A stretch of 57,044 nt of DNA from Armatimonadota bacterium (GCA_037440005.1 JBBIUY010000016.1:1-57044), one strand, 5' to 3'. Positions 17,011 through 27,654 are shown, counted from the first letter of the stretch. The notes: generated by a model from the letters alone, not told the origin. Program-made: numbers and translations.

Positions 17011-17906
17011 CGGCTCTCCTCCAGCGCCTGCGCGGCCAGGTCCGCCAGGGCCGCCACCACGTCGGGGTCCGCATTGAGCGAGCGGGTGCGCGCCAGGCGC
17101 AGACCGATGTCGGAGGCCACCTGGCGGGCCTCGATGTCGATGTCGTAGAGCACCTCCAGGTGGTCGGCCACAAATCCCACCGGGCAGACGATCACCGCCC
17201 GCCGGCCCGCCGCGCGCAGATCCCGCAGGACGTCCGCCACGTCCGGGCCCAGCCACGGTTCGCTGGTGGCGCTGGCGCTCTGGTACGCGAACGTCCACTC
17301 CTGCAGGCCGGCCCGTTCCGCCACCAGGGCGCAGGTGCGCGCCAGCTGGTCCGGATACGGGTCGCCCCAGGACAGGATGCGCGCGGGCAGGCTGTGGGCC
17401 GTGAAGACCACGTGGGCGTCGGGCAGGTCCTCCAGAGCCTGGCGGACCCGCGCCGCCACCGCCGCGATGAACCCCGGGTGGTCGTGCCAGTCGGAGACGC
17501 AGCGCAGGGCCACCCCCGCGCGCCGGGCGGCGGCCGACGCCTCCTCCAGGTAGGCGCCGACGCTCAGGCGGGAGTAGTGGGGAGCCAGCACCACCCCCAC
17601 CGCCTCCCGGACGCCGTCGGCGGCCATCTGCGCCACGGCGTCGGCGATGAACGGGCGGGCGTGCTTGTAGCCCACGTACGGGCGCACCGCCCGGCCCCGC
17701 CGCCGCAGCTGCTCGGCCACCGCGGCCGCCTGAGCCCGGGTGATCTCGTCCAGGGGCGAGCGGCCCCCGATGCGGCGGTAGCGGTCCTGCAGGTGGCGCA
17801 CCTGCTCCGCCGACGGCCGGCGACCTCCCCGGATGTGGGCGAGGTAGGCCTCCACGTCGTCGAGGGTGCGCGGGGTGCCGTAGGCCATCACCAGCAGGCC
17901 CGTCAC
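17007..17906 (-). CDS. hemH: (Copro)porphyrin ferrochelatase
   Basis: LVMAYGTP, FTAHSLP, YQSA..WLGPD, GFVADHLEVLYDID. Confidence 0.95.
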   Translation of the reverse strand: MTGLLVMAYGTPRTLDDVEAYLAHIRGGRRPSAEQVRHLQDRYRRIGGRSPLDEITRAQAAAVAEQLRRRGRAVRPYVGYKHARPFIADAVAQMAADGVREAVGVVLAPHYSRLSVGAYLEEASAAARRAGVALRCVSDWHDHPGFIAAVAARVRQALEDLPDAHVVFTAHSLPARILSWGDPYPDQLARTCALVAERAGLQEWTFAYQSASATSEPWLGPDVADVLRDLRAAGRRAVIVCPVGFVADHLEVLYDIDIEARQVASDIGLRLARTRSLNADPDVVAALADLAAQALEESR

Positions 17907-18931
17907 GCCCGCACCCCCGCCGACGCCGTGTGCACGAACTCCGCCAGCCGCCGCAGGTGGTCCACCGGCGTGGAGGGCAGGACGCCGTGGCCGAGGTTGA
18001 AGATGTGGCCCGGCCGCCCCGCGGCGTCGTCGAGGACGGCGCGGGCCGCCCGCTCCATCACCGCCGGATCGTCCACGACGGCGGCGGGGTCCAGGTTGCC
18101 CTGGATGGCGCGCGGGCCGATCCGGGCCCAGGCGTCGGCCAGGCGGACCCGCCAGTCCACGCCGATCACGTCCCCGCCGCACCTCGCCATCGCCTCCAGC
18201 AGGCCGGCGGTCCCGGTCCCGAAGTGGATGGACGGCACGCCGGCGGCGGCCAGCGCCCGGAAGATCCGCCGCATCCAGGGCGCCACGGCCCGCTCGTAGT
18301 CGTCGGGGGCCAGGCATCCGACCCAGCTGTCGAACACCTGGACCGCCCGGGCGCCGGCCGCCACCTGGGCGTGCAGGAAGGCGACGGTGGCGTCGGTGAG
18401 GCGGTCCATCAGGGCCCCCCACAGCCCCGGGTCCCGGTGCACCAGACGCCGGGTCTCGGGAAAGTCCCGGGACGGACCCCCGTCCACCAGGTAGCAGGCC
18501 AGGGTGAACGGGCCGCCGGCAAATCCGATCACCGGCACCGGGCTGGCGCCGCAGGCCAGGCGCAGGCCCTCCAGGACGCCGGAGGTCTCCGCATCGGGCG
18601 CCCACGGTCGCAGCGCCTCCACGGCTCTGGCGGTGCGCACCGGATCGGCCATCACCGGCCCCCGCCCGTCGTCCACGTCCACCGGCACGCCCAGGGTCCG
18701 CAGCGGGAGGGTGATGTCCGCGAACAGGATGGCCGCGTCCACGCCCAGCTGCTCGACCGGACGGACGGTGATCTCCGCCACCAGGTCGGGGCGGCGGAAG
18801 ATCTCCCACAGGGACAGCCGCCGCCGCAGCGCCCGGTACTCGGGCTGGCTGCGGCCGGCCTGGCGCATGAACCACACCGGGGTGCAGTCCACCGGTTCCC
18901 GCCGGCAGGCGCGCAGGAAGCGGTCGGTCAT
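17903..18931 (-). CDS. hemE: Uroporphyrinogen decarboxylase
   Basis: PVWFMRQAGR, AAILFAD, QVFDSW, IFNLGHG. Confidence 0.96.
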   Translation of the reverse strand: MTDRFLRACRREPVDCTPVWFMRQAGRSQPEYRALRRRLSLWEIFRRPDLVAEITVRPVEQLGVDAAILFADITLPLRTLGVPVDVDDGRGPVMADPVRTARAVEALRPWAPDAETSGVLEGLRLACGASPVPVIGFAGGPFTLACYLVDGGPSRDFPETRRLVHRDPGLWGALMDRLTDATVAFLHAQVAAGARAVQVFDSWVGCLAPDDYERAVAPWMRRIFRALAAAGVPSIHFGTGTAGLLEAMARCGGDVIGVDWRVRLADAWARIGPRAIQGNLDPAAVVDDPAVMERAARAVLDDAAGRPGHIFNLGHGVLPSTPVDHLRRLAEFVHTASAGVRA

Positions 18932-20193
18932 GCGGTCTCCTCCGCGGCGGCCACCGTCGCCGCGACCTCCTCGTCGGCGTGGGCGAGGGTCAGAAACCAC
19001 GCCTCAAACTGTGAGGGCGGCAGCAGGATCCCCCGGGCCAGCATGGCGTGGAAGAAGGCGGCATACGCCCTGGTATCGCACTGCCGGGCCTGGGCGTCGT
19101 CCAGTGGCGGCGCGGGCCGGAAGAAAACCGTCAGCATCGCCCCGGCCTGGGCCACGCTGGCGCGGCCGTCAAGTGCGCGGCGCAGCCCGGCGGCCAGGCG
19201 GGACGCCCGCGCCTCCAGGACGTCGTAGACCCCCGGATCGGCCAGACGGCGCAAGACCGCCGCGCCGGCGGCCATGACCACGGGATGGCCGGCCAGGGTG
19301 CCGGCCTGGTAGACAGGGCCCAGGGGCGCCACCTGCTCCATCAGGTCGCGCCGGCCTCCGTAGGCGCCCACCGGCAGTCCGCCGCCGATGACCTTGCCCA
19401 GGCAGGTCAGGTCGGGAGTGATCCCGTAGCGCCGCTGGGCCCCGCCCCAGGCCACCCGAAACCCGGTGATGACCTCGTCGAAGATCAGCACGGCCCCGTA
19501 CCGCCAGGTCAGCTCCCGCAGCGCGGGCAGGAAGTCGGGCTGCGGCAGGACCACGCCCATGTTGGCGGCCACCGGCTCCACCACCACGGCGGCGATGTGG
19601 TCTCCGGCCGTCCGGAACAGGTCGGCCACCGCCTCGGCGTCGTTGTACGGCGCCACTAGGGTGTGCCGGGTGGCCTCGGCGGGCACGCCGGCCGAGTCCG
19701 GCAGCCCCAGGGTGGCCACCCCCGACCCCGACCGCGCCAGCAGCGGGTCGGCGTGCCCGTGGTAGCAGCCGGCGAACTTGACGATGGCGGGCCGGCCGGT
19801 GGCCGCGCGGGCCACCCGGATGGCGCTCATCACCGCCTCGGTGCCGGAGCTGACAAAGCGCAGCCGCTCCACCGACGGCAGCGCGGCCTGGATCAGCCCG
19901 GCCAGGTCCAGTTCCGCCGGGGAGGGCACGCCCGCGGCGGCGCCCTGCCCCACCGCCTGCTGCACCGCCTCCACCACCGGCGGGGCGCCGTGGCCGAGGA
20001 TGACGGCGCCCCAGGAGGCGATGTAGTCCAGCAGGCGCGCACCCTCCACGTCCCACAGGTAGGCGCCCTCGCCCCGGACGACAAAGCGGGGGGTCCCCCC
20101 CACGGCCCCGAAGGCGCGCACGGGGCTGTTGACTCCTCCGGGAAAGATCTGCCGGGCCCGCTCGAACAGACCGGCGTTGGTGGCGGTCCTCAT
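18928..20193 (-). CDS. hemL: Glutamate-1-semialdehyde 2,1-aminomutase
   Basis: PGGVNSPVRAF, SGTEA, YHGH, FDEVITGFR, LGKVIGGGLP. Confidence 0.96.
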   Translation of the reverse strand: MRTATNAGLFERARQIFPGGVNSPVRAFGAVGGTPRFVVRGEGAYLWDVEGARLLDYIASWGAVILGHGAPPVVEAVQQAVGQGAAAGVPSPAELDLAGLIQAALPSVERLRFVSSGTEAVMSAIRVARAATGRPAIVKFAGCYHGHADPLLARSGSGVATLGLPDSAGVPAEATRHTLVAPYNDAEAVADLFRTAGDHIAAVVVEPVAANMGVVLPQPDFLPALRELTWRYGAVLIFDEVITGFRVAWGGAQRRYGITPDLTCLGKVIGGGLPVGAYGGRRDLMEQVAPLGPVYQAGTLAGHPVVMAAGAAVLRRLADPGVYDVLEARASRLAAGLRRALDGRASVAQAGAMLTVFFRPAPPLDDAQARQCDTRAYAAFFHAMLARGILLPPSQFEAWFLTLAHADEEVAATVAAAEETA

Positions 20194-21284
20194 GGCCGGT
20201 ACGGACAGAGGGGATCGCTGGCCAGAGGGTCTCCGGTGCGGGCCCACGCCCGCGCCCGGGACCCTCCGCAGATCACCCGGTACGGGCACCGCCCGCAACG
20301 GCCCCGCAGGCGCGCGGTGTCCCGCAGACCGGTGAACAGGGCGGAGTGCCGGTACAGGTCGACCAGGCTGTCCCGGCGCACGCTGCCCGCGGCCAGAGGC
20401 AGGAAACCGGAAGGGAACACCTCGCCGGTGTGGGAGACGAAGGCGATCCCGTTGCCGTCCCGCACCCCAAACCCCCGGCCCACGGGGGTGCGGAGGATGT
20501 CGGGGTCGGCCAGGCCGGCCGCGCGCAGGCGCTGGTAGGCGACCCGGCGGTAGTGGGGCGCCTCGGTGGTGGCCAGGGCGCATGCCGTGGCGGGGGCGAG
20601 GTCCACCAGCCAGTGGCACAGGCGCTCGCCGGTCTCTGGGGAGACCTCCCGCAACAGCCGTCCGCGGCCCACCGGCACCAGGAAGAACAGGCTCCAGCGC
20701 GATGCGCCCAGCGCGTCCACCAGCCGGAAGATGGCCGGCAGATCCTCGGCGGTCTCGGCGGTCACCAGGGTGTTGATCTGCAGCGCGATCCCTCTCGCGC
20801 GGATCCACCGGGCGGCGCGCACGGTGGCGTCAAAGCAGCCCGGCACGCCCCGGAAGGCGTCGTGCCGGTCGGCCGTGGACCCGTCCAGGCTGACCGACAT
20901 GCTCTCCACTCCCGCGTCGGCCAGGGCGGCCACCGCCGAGTCGTCCAGCCGCGTCGTGCCGCTGGGCGCCACCGAGACCCGAAACCCCCGCTCCCGGGCG
21001 GCGCGCACCAGCAGCGGCAGATCGGGCCGCTGCAGGGGATCGCCTCCGGTGAACACCAGGTGGGGCAGCGGGTCTCCGAACCGGCGGGCGTCGTCCAGCA
21101 CCGCCACCACCTCGGCGGTGGACAGTTCAGCGGGGTGGCGCGCCCGGATCGCCTCGGCCCGGCAATGCCGGCACGCCAGGTCGCAGGCGCGGGTCAGCTC
21201 CCAGTAGATCAGCAGGGGCGCCCGGGCGAACACCAGGCGCGGGCCCGCCTCCGCCAGCACCGGACCGGGCGCGGCGCCGGTCAT
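20190..21284 (-). CDS. Radical SAM/SPASM protein (TIGR04053-like, NirJ/Ahb-related)
   Basis: WELTRACDLACRHCRA (CxxxCxxC), TGGDPL, C-terminal CGRC..ICGGSRARA..DPLC. Confidence 0.88.
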   Translation of the reverse strand: MTGAAPGPVLAEAGPRLVFARAPLLIYWELTRACDLACRHCRAEAIRARHPAELSTAEVVAVLDDARRFGDPLPHLVFTGGDPLQRPDLPLLVRAARERGFRVSVAPSGTTRLDDSAVAALADAGVESMSVSLDGSTADRHDAFRGVPGCFDATVRAARWIRARGIALQINTLVTAETAEDLPAIFRLVDALGASRWSLFFLVPVGRGRLLREVSPETGERLCHWLVDLAPATACALATTEAPHYRRVAYQRLRAAGLADPDILRTPVGRGFGVRDGNGIAFVSHTGEVFPSGFLPLAAGSVRRDSLVDLYRHSALFTGLRDTARLRGRCGRCPYRVICGGSRARAWARTGDPLASDPLCPYRP

Positions 21285-21964
21285 GGGGTCCCTCCCAGCA
21301 GGCGCAGGGCGTCGGCCAGGGGCCGGCGGATGCCCACCAGGATGGGCGTGTCCCGCACCGTGCTGCGGCGGGCCTCGGTCTCCCGCAGCGCCATCACCAG
21401 GTCCTGGAAGGCCGGCAGGTCGTCGGTCTCGTAGGCGACGATGAACTCCTGGTCGTCCAGCCCGAACGAGTACGCCAGGCACTGGCGCACCATGGGGAAC
21501 CGGCGGCCCACCCGGATGTGCTCCGCCATGACCTCCCGGCGGCGGTCCGGGGCCGTCAGGTACCAGTCGGTGGACTTCACGAAGGGGTACACGACCAGAT
21601 AGCGGGAGCGCTCGCCGCTCTGCAGGGCCTGCTCCTGGACCGTCGGCCGCCGCACGTAGACCGACGGGCGCACCAGGCCCACCAGCGAGTGAGCGGGAAC
21701 GCACCAGCGGCCCACTCCGGCGGCCAGAAAGGCGGCGGCGGTCTCCTCCAGGGCCTCCAGGCTGGAGGCCTGGCGCCAGAACAGCAGCTGGGCATCCCGG
21801 CGCAGCCCGACCATGGAGTAGGTGTGCAGCGGCGCGGCGTCGGCGGTGCGCTCCACCGCGCGGACGAACGCGGCGGCGTCCTCCTCCCGCTCCCCGGCAG
21901 GCCGGCGGCGCCAGGCGGGGTCCACCGCCAGGGCCAGGACGTGGACAAAGGGGCGCTCGGTCAC
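21281..21964 (-). CDS. hemQ: Coproheme decarboxylase (chlorite dismutase family, ChdC)
   Basis: [25 protein letters not shown]; located in the heme operon. Confidence 0.88.
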   Translation of the reverse strand: MTERPFVHVLALAVDPAWRRRPAGEREEDAAAFVRAVERTADAAPLHTYSMVGLRRDAQLLFWRQASSLEALEETAAAFLAAGVGRWCVPAHSLVGLVRPSVYVRRPTVQEQALQSGERSRYLVVYPFVKSTDWYLTAPDRRREVMAEHIRVGRRFPMVRQCLAYSFGLDDQEFIVAYETDDLPAFQDLVMALRETEARRSTVRDTPILVGIRRPLADALRLLGGTP

Positions 21965-22971
21965 GCGGGCTCCCTCCCCCGCTCCCCCAACCAGCGGGCG
22001 GCGTCTTTGGCGAAGTAGGTGATGATGACGTCGGCGCCGGCGCGGGCGATGGCGGTGAGGATCTCCAGGACCGCCGCGCGCAGGTCCAGCCACCCCGCCC
22101 GGGCGGCGGCGGTCACCATGGCGTACTCGCCGCTCACGTTGTAGGCGGCGAGGGGCACCGGGATCTCCTCCCGCGCCTGCCGGATCACGTCCAGGTAGGC
22201 CAAAGCCGGCTTGACCATCACCAGGTCGGCCCCCTCGGCCACGTCCAGGGCGATCTCCCGCAGCGCCTCGCGGGCGTTGGCCGGGTCCATCTGGTAGCTG
22301 CGGCGGTCGCCGAACTGCGGGGCGGATCCGGCGGCGTCCCGGAACGGACCGTAAAAGCTGGACGCGTACTTGGCCGAGTAGCCCATCACGGCCACCTGGG
22401 ACAGCCCGGCATCGTCCAGGGCCTCCCGGATGGCGGCCACCTGTCCGTCCATCATGGCCGACGGGGCCACGATGTCGGCGCCGGCGGCGGCCAGGGAGAC
22501 CGCCGTGCGGGCCAGCAGGTCCAGGGTCGCGTCGTTGTCCACCGTCCCGTCCCGCACGACCCCGCAGTGGCCGTGGGTGGTGTACGCGCACAGGCACACG
22601 TCGGCGGCGATGACCAGGTCGGGATCGGCCGCCCGCAGGGCGCGGATGGCCTGCTGGACCACCCCCTGCTCGTGGTAGGCTCCGCTGCCCACGGGGTCTT
22701 TGCTGTCGGGAACGCCGAACAGCAGCACCGCGCCCACACCCACCTCCCGCAGCCGGGCGGCTTCCCGGACGAGTTCGTCGGGGCTGAGGCGCTCCTGACC
22801 CGGCAGGCTGGGGATCGGCTCGCGCACCCCGCGGCCGGGGCGCACGAACACCGGGTAGATCAGACGGCGCGGGCTGAGGGCGGTCTCCGCCACCAGGTCG
22901 CGCAGGGCGGCGGTCCGCCGCAGGCGCCGGGGGCGGACCCGGAGGTCGGCAGATCGGGTGAGCGGTCGCAT
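21961..22971 (-). CDS. hemB: Porphobilinogen synthase (ALA dehydratase)
   Basis: [43 protein letters not shown]. Confidence 0.96.
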   Translation of the reverse strand: MRPLTRSADLRVRPRRLRRTAALRDLVAETALSPRRLIYPVFVRPGRGVREPIPSLPGQERLSPDELVREAARLREVGVGAVLLFGVPDSKDPVGSGAYHEQGVVQQAIRALRAADPDLVIAADVCLCAYTTHGHCGVVRDGTVDNDATLDLLARTAVSLAAAGADIVAPSAMMDGQVAAIREALDDAGLSQVAVMGYSAKYASSFYGPFRDAAGSAPQFGDRRSYQMDPANAREALREIALDVAEGADLVMVKPALAYLDVIRQAREEIPVPLAAYNVSGEYAMVTAAARAGWLDLRAAVLEILTAIARAGADVIITYFAKDAARWLGERGREPA

Positions 22972-23774
22972 GGTCGGCCTCCTAAAAGAGGGAAGAAGGG
23001 AGAGGTTTTGTCCCTCTTCCCTCTTCCTTCTTCCCTCCGTTGGAACGCATCGGGGATGAGGGCGGCCGCCAGGCCGGCCGCGGTGTGCTCGGCGGCCACG
23101 ACGGCGGGGGAGATCCCCAGGGCGCGGGCGACCTGGGCGGTCATGGGCCCGATGCAGGCCACCCGGACCCCCGCCAGAACCGCGGCGGCGTCCTCCACCA
23201 GGCGGGCAAACCCGCGCACGGTGGACCCGCTGGTGAACACCACGACGTCCACCCCTTCCTCCAGCACGCGGCGCAGGGGCAGGCGGGAGTTCTCGGGCCC
23301 CTCCACGGTGTGGTAGGCCACCACCTCGTCCACCTGCGCTCCGCGCGCCCGCAACAGTTCCGCCAGCCGGGGCGTCGCCAGATCCGAGCGGGCCAGCAGG
23401 ATGCGCCGGCCGGCCACCTCGCCGAGCACGTCGGCGATGGCCTCGGTCAGGTAGCGCGGGGGGATCGTGACCGGTCCCAGCTCGGCCTCGACGAGCGCGC
23501 GCCCGGTGGCCGGACCCACGGCGGCCCACCGGGGACGACGCGGACGCGGCCCGCCCAGCGCCCGCAGCCTGTCGGCCACCGTCCGGGCCCCGTAGGCGCT
23601 CGTGACGACGATCCAGTCGTAGCGCTCCGCCTCCCGCAGTGCGGCGTCCAGCCGGTCCGGACGGGCCGGCCGGACGGCCACGGTGGGCACCGCGCGCACC
23701 TCCCACCCCCGCGCGGCCAGCAGGGCGGCCAGAGCGCGGCTGTCGGGTCCGGTCAGCAGCACCCGGCCGGTCAC
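22860..23774 (-). CDS. hemD: Uroporphyrinogen-III synthase; C-terminus extended through a repeat into hemB
   Basis: [34 protein letters not shown]. Confidence 0.88.
   Translation of the reverse strand: MTGRVLLTGPDSRALAALLAARGWEVRAVPTVAVRPARPDRLDAALREAERYDWIVVTSAYGARTVADRLRALGGPRPRRPRWAAVGPATGRALVEAELGPVTIPPRYLTEAIADVLGEVAGRRILLARSDLATPRLAELLRARGAQVDEVVAYHTVEGPENSRLPLRRVLEEGVDVVVFTSGSTVRGFARLVEDAAAVLAGVRVACIGPMTAQVARALGISPAVVAAEHTAAGLAAALIPDAFQRREEGRGKRDKTSPFFPLLGGRPCDRSPDLPTSGSAPGACGGPPPCATWWRRPPSARAV
22988..23038. repeat. Purine/pyrimidine heptamer tandem repeat forming an imperfect inverted repeat
   Basis: AGGGAAG AAGGGAG ... TCCCTCT TCCCTCT TCCTTCT TCCCTCC. Confidence 0.7.
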
Positions 23775-24676
23775 GGCTGCACCCCCGCCACCACCGCGCC
23801 GCGCTCCCGCAGCCGCCGGGCCAGCTCCGCCCCCACCGCCGCCGCCTCCGGCCCGCGGCCGTCCAGCCGGTCCCTCACCTCGTGCGATCCGTCGGGGGAG
23901 ATCACGGCGCCCTCCAGGCGCACCGTCACTCCGTCGCTGTGGGCCAGGGCCCCCACCGGCAGCCGGCATCCGCCTCCCAGGGCGCGCAGAAAGGCGCGCT
24001 CCGCCGTCACCTCCTGCCGGGTCGGCAGGTGGTCCATCCGGCCCACCAGGTCCCGATGGGGCCCCTCCCGACGAACCTGCACCGCGATGGCTCCCTGGGA
24101 GGGCGCCGGGAGCATCACCTCCGCCGGCAGCACCTCGGTGATGCGCCCGGCCAGACCCAGCCGCCGCAGCCCCGCCGCCGCCACCACCACCGCGTCCCAG
24201 TCCCCCCGCTCCACCGTGCGCAGCCGGGTATCCACGTTGCCGCGGATGGCGGTCACCTGCAGGTCCGCCCGCGCCCGCAGCAGGTAGGCCCGGCGCCGGG
24301 GGCTTCCGGTGCCCACCACCGCCCCCGGCGGCAGGTCCAGTAGGCGCAGACCCGACCGGCTGACCAGGGCGTCGCGGGGGTCGCCCCGCTCCAGGTAGGC
24401 CGCCACCACCAGGTCGGGCGGGTCGTCGGTGGGCAGGTCTTTGGCGCTGTGGACGGCCACGTCCACCCGCCCGTCCCGGAGGGCCTGCTCCAGCTCCCGG
24501 ACGAACGCTCCCACGCCCAGAGGAGGAAGTGGCGAGGAGGGATGGTCGTCGCCGGCGGTGCGCACCACCACCAGCTCCACCTCCACCCCTGCCCCCCGCA
24601 GGCCCCGGATCGCCTCCTCCGCTTGAGCCAGCGCCAGCCGGCTGCCGCGGGTCCCCACCCGCACCCGCTCACCCAT
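23771..24676 (-). CDS. hemC: Hydroxymethylbilane synthase
   Basis: [41 protein letters not shown]. Confidence 0.96.
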   Translation of the reverse strand: MGERVRVGTRGSRLALAQAEEAIRGLRGAGVEVELVVVRTAGDDHPSSPLPPLGVGAFVRELEQALRDGRVDVAVHSAKDLPTDDPPDLVVAAYLERGDPRDALVSRSGLRLLDLPPGAVVGTGSPRRRAYLLRARADLQVTAIRGNVDTRLRTVERGDWDAVVVAAAGLRRLGLAGRITEVLPAEVMLPAPSQGAIAVQVRREGPHRDLVGRMDHLPTRQEVTAERAFLRALGGGCRLPVGALAHSDGVTVRLEGAVISPDGSHEVRDRLDGRGPEAAAVGAELARRLRERGAVVAGVQP

Positions 24677-25883
24677 CGCCGTCCGTCCCGTCCAGCCCCA
24701 GGAGGTCCCTGGCCGCGCGGAGATAGGCCTCCCCGCCGGCAGCCGCGTGCTCTTTCATCCGCACCATGGGATGGTGCAGCATCCTGTTGACCAACCGCTG
24801 GCCGAACCGCCGCAGCCGCTCCCTGTCGGCGCCCCCCACCCGGTCCAGTTCCTCCTGGAGGATGACGTCGGCCCGCCGGCGCAGGGCCCGGATGGCCGGC
24901 ACCGCCGCCCGTGCGGACAGCCAGCGCATGAACCTGTCGGTCTCCCGGTCCACCAGGGCCCAGGCGGCGGTCAGCGCGTCCGGACCGGGTGGCGGGGGCA
25001 CGTGCGGGCGCAGGTCGTCCAGGTCGAACAGGCGCACCCCCGCCACCTCCCGCACGTCCGGAGCGACGTCCCGGGGGACCGCGATGTCCACCAGCACCAG
25101 GGGCCGCCCGTCCCGGACGGCCATGGCGCGCCGCACCCGATCCCGGTCCAGCACGGGGCTACTGGACCCGGTGCACAGGACGACCACGTCGGCGCGCTCC
25201 AGCAGGCGATCCAGATCGCCCAGGACGGCCGCATGCCCCCCGCTCGTCCGGGCGGCCTGCTCCGCCGACGCCCGGGTACGGCTGACGACGACCACCTGCG
25301 CCCGGGCCCCGGCGCAGGCGCGCGCCGCCAGGATTCCCATCTCCCCGGCGCCCACCACAAGGGCCGTCCGACCCTCCAGACCCCCCAGAACCCCCCGGGC
25401 CAGGCGGACCGCTACCCGGGGAACCGACGGCTGGCTGGAGCCCACCGGCGTCTGGCGGCGCACCCGCCGGCCGCAGACCAACGCGTGCTGGCCCAGGCGG
25501 GACAGGACCGGTCCCAGCCTCCCGGCCCGGGCGGCCAGCGCCAGAGCGTCTTTGACCTGCCCGAGGATCTGCGGCTCGCCCACCACCAGCGAGTCCAGCC
25601 CCGCCGCCACCGCCATCAGGTGGCGCACGGCCGACCGCCCCTGCAGGACCACCAGGGGCGTCCGCGGTGCATCCCCGGCCGCGTCGTAAAGGGCCTGCCG
25701 CAGCGCGGGGACGTCCGCCGTGCCGTACAGCTCGCAGCGGTTGCAGGTCACCAGCATCAGCGCTTCGGCAGGGACGGACCGCAGGATCCGCTCGACGGCC
25801 GGGGGCGGGAACGCGAACCGCTCGCGCACAGAGAGCGGCGCGGTGCTGTGGGTGAGCCCGACGACGTTGACCACGACAGGCAC
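24669..25883 (-). CDS. hemA: Glutamyl-tRNA reductase
   Basis: GLTHSTAP, TCNRCE, GLDSLVVGEPQILGQVK, GAGEMG, DIAVPRD. Start approximate. Confidence 0.93.
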   Translation of the reverse strand: MPVVVNVVGLTHSTAPLSVRERFAFPPPAVERILRSVPAEALMLVTCNRCELYGTADVPALRQALYDAAGDAPRTPLVVLQGRSAVRHLMAVAAGLDSLVVGEPQILGQVKDALALAARAGRLGPVLSRLGQHALVCGRRVRRQTPVGSSQPSVPRVAVRLARGVLGGLEGRTALVVGAGEMGILAARACAGARAQVVVVSRTRASAEQAARTSGGHAAVLGDLDRLLERADVVVLCTGSSSPVLDRDRVRRAMAVRDGRPLVLVDIAVPRDVAPDVREVAGVRLFDLDDLRPHVPPPPGPDALTAAWALVDRETDRFMRWLSARAAVPAIRALRRRADVILQEELDRVGGADRERLRRFGQRLVNRMLHHPMVRMKEHAAAGGEAYLRAARDLLGLDGTDGDG

Positions 25884-25932
25884 GCCCTCTGGCCGGGAGA
25901 GTACGCCGGCTATCCTGGGAAATCCTCCGTGA

Positions 25933-26280
25933 TATGAGGTAAACCTGAGGAGAAAATCTAGCCCCGAGATCGGCCTCATCCGTCTGGTCGCCCGTCCCCT
26001 GGCGCCGGTGGTGGAGGGGTGGCTGCGCCTGCCGGCAGCGGCCGGGCTGACGCTGGTGTTCGCCGCGCTGCGCAAAGAGGCGGCCGTCCGGGACTGGCTC
26101 ACCCCGGCCCAGGTGCTCACCTACGCGCTGGTCAACACCCTGACCCTGCCCTGCCTGGCCACCGTGGGCCTGCTGGCCCGCACCATCGGCCGGGCGCGGG
26201 CGGGGGCGGTGGTGCTCTTGACCCTGCTGGTGGCCCTGCTGCTGGGAAGAGCCGCGGCGCGGGTCCCGGCCGGCCTGTGA
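25933..26280 (+). pseudogene. C-terminal fragment of a FeoB-like transporter (gate/FeoB_C region)
   Basis: LAPVVEGWLRLP..FAALRKE..PCLAT resembles the FeoB C-terminus. In-frame stop at 25930-25932; no GTPase domain. Confidence 0.55.
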
Positions 26281-26283
26281 GGG

Positions 26284-26979
26284 CTACAGCAGCTTGACGC
26301 CGTTGATCTGCAGCTTGAACTCGCAGTGGAGGAACTGGGCCGCCCGCCGGCACATGACCATCCGGGTGAGGAAGATCTCGAAGTACTCCATCACCTGGGA
26401 CAGCTGGGTGTCGATGGTCAGCTCCAGGGTGATGGTGCGGCTCTTGTCGTCCACCCGCAAGAACGAGTGCTGGACCGCGTAGTTGACCCGGTCGTGGATG
26501 TCGAAGGTGGTGGGGTCGGGGTTGCGCACCCGCGACCGGTGCACGTCCGACTTGTCGGCCAGGATGACGGCAGCCCCCACCGGGCTCACGGGCTCGCCGT
26601 GCTTCTCCTCGTGGTTGCCGATGGCCCCCATGACGATGGCCCGCTCCACCGGGTCCATGCCCAGGCGCTCCAGGATCCGGTTGGCCAGCACCGCGCCGGT
26701 GTGCTCGTGGTTGACCCGGCTGACCAGGTTGCCGATGTCGTGCAGGTAAGCGGCGATGGAGGCCAGCTGGGCGTCCCGCTCCGGATAGCCCAGCCGCTTG
26801 AGGGTGTTGTAGGCGATGCTGGCGGTCAGGTTGGCGTGCCGGGCGCCGTGCTCGGTGTAGCCGATGGCGCCGGTGTACTCGTTGGCCTTGTCGATGTAGG
26901 CCTCCACCTCGGGGTCGCGCTTGACGTCCTCGAGGGTCACCACCTTCGCTCCGGCCACGCCGGTCTGAACGTCGGTCAT
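26284..26979 (-). CDS. HD-domain phosphohydrolase
   Basis: YTEHGARH, YLHDIGN, GNHEE, LADKSD; strong SD. Confidence 0.9.
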   Translation of the reverse strand: MTDVQTGVAGAKVVTLEDVKRDPEVEAYIDKANEYTGAIGYTEHGARHANLTASIAYNTLKRLGYPERDAQLASIAAYLHDIGNLVSRVNHEHTGAVLANRILERLGMDPVERAIVMGAIGNHEEKHGEPVSPVGAAVILADKSDVHRSRVRNPDPTTFDIHDRVNYAVQHSFLRVDDKSRTITLELTIDTQLSQVMEYFEIFLTRMVMCRRAAQFLHCEFKLQINGVKLL

Positions 26980-27101
26980 CGATGTCCTCCCTCAGGGCCT
27001 CCGGCCGTGCGGCCGCCCCACGCCCGGCTCCCTGGTCGGGACGCCGATCCCAGGATGTCCGCCCGGGCCCGGCCGCGAACGGAACGCAGCACCCGGCGGG
27101 G

Positions 27102-27449
27102 CTAGCGGGACGGCGGGACGGGGGCGGACTGGGCCTGCTCGTCGCGTCGCTTGCCGCGCACGTAGCTGACCGCCCCCCGATCGGCCTTCACCCGCAGGTT
27201 GGGCGCCAGCTCCAGGGTCAGGGTGTTGTCGTCGTCGATGTCCCAGATGGTGGCGTGCAGCCCCCCCACGGTCACCACCCGGTCGCCCTTCTTGAGGGCC
27301 TTGAGCATCTCCCGCCGCCGGCGCTGCTGGACCATCTGCGGCCTGATCATGAACAGGTAGAAGATCACCAGAATCGCCAGCAGGTAGAACGTCAGCCAGC
27401 GGCTGCCGGCCTGCTGGGAGGCCTGCAACACCACGTAGGCGCCCGCCAC
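27102..27449 (-). CDS. yajC: Preprotein translocase subunit YajC
   Basis: FYLFMIRPQ, LKKGDRVVTVGGLH. Confidence 0.92.
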   Translation of the reverse strand: MAGAYVVLQASQQAGSRWLTFYLLAILVIFYLFMIRPQMVQQRRRREMLKALKKGDRVVTVGGLHATIWDIDDDNTLTLELAPNLRVKADRGAVSYVRGKRRDEQAQSAPVPPSR

Positions 27450-27654
27450 CCCGCACCCCCTGATCGCTGTCCCTCGATGCCTCCCCTATCCTACCAGAGG
27501 GCGGCCGGGAGGGCACCCCACAACCGACACCCCGACCCCGGAGCCGCGGGCGGATGGTGCAGGCGGAGTGAGGGGACGGCGGGAGTCCGGGGGCGCAAGG
27601 GATCCCCGGCGGCGGGAGGGAATTGGTCGGTAGCAGCAGGAGCGGGAGAGCGAG

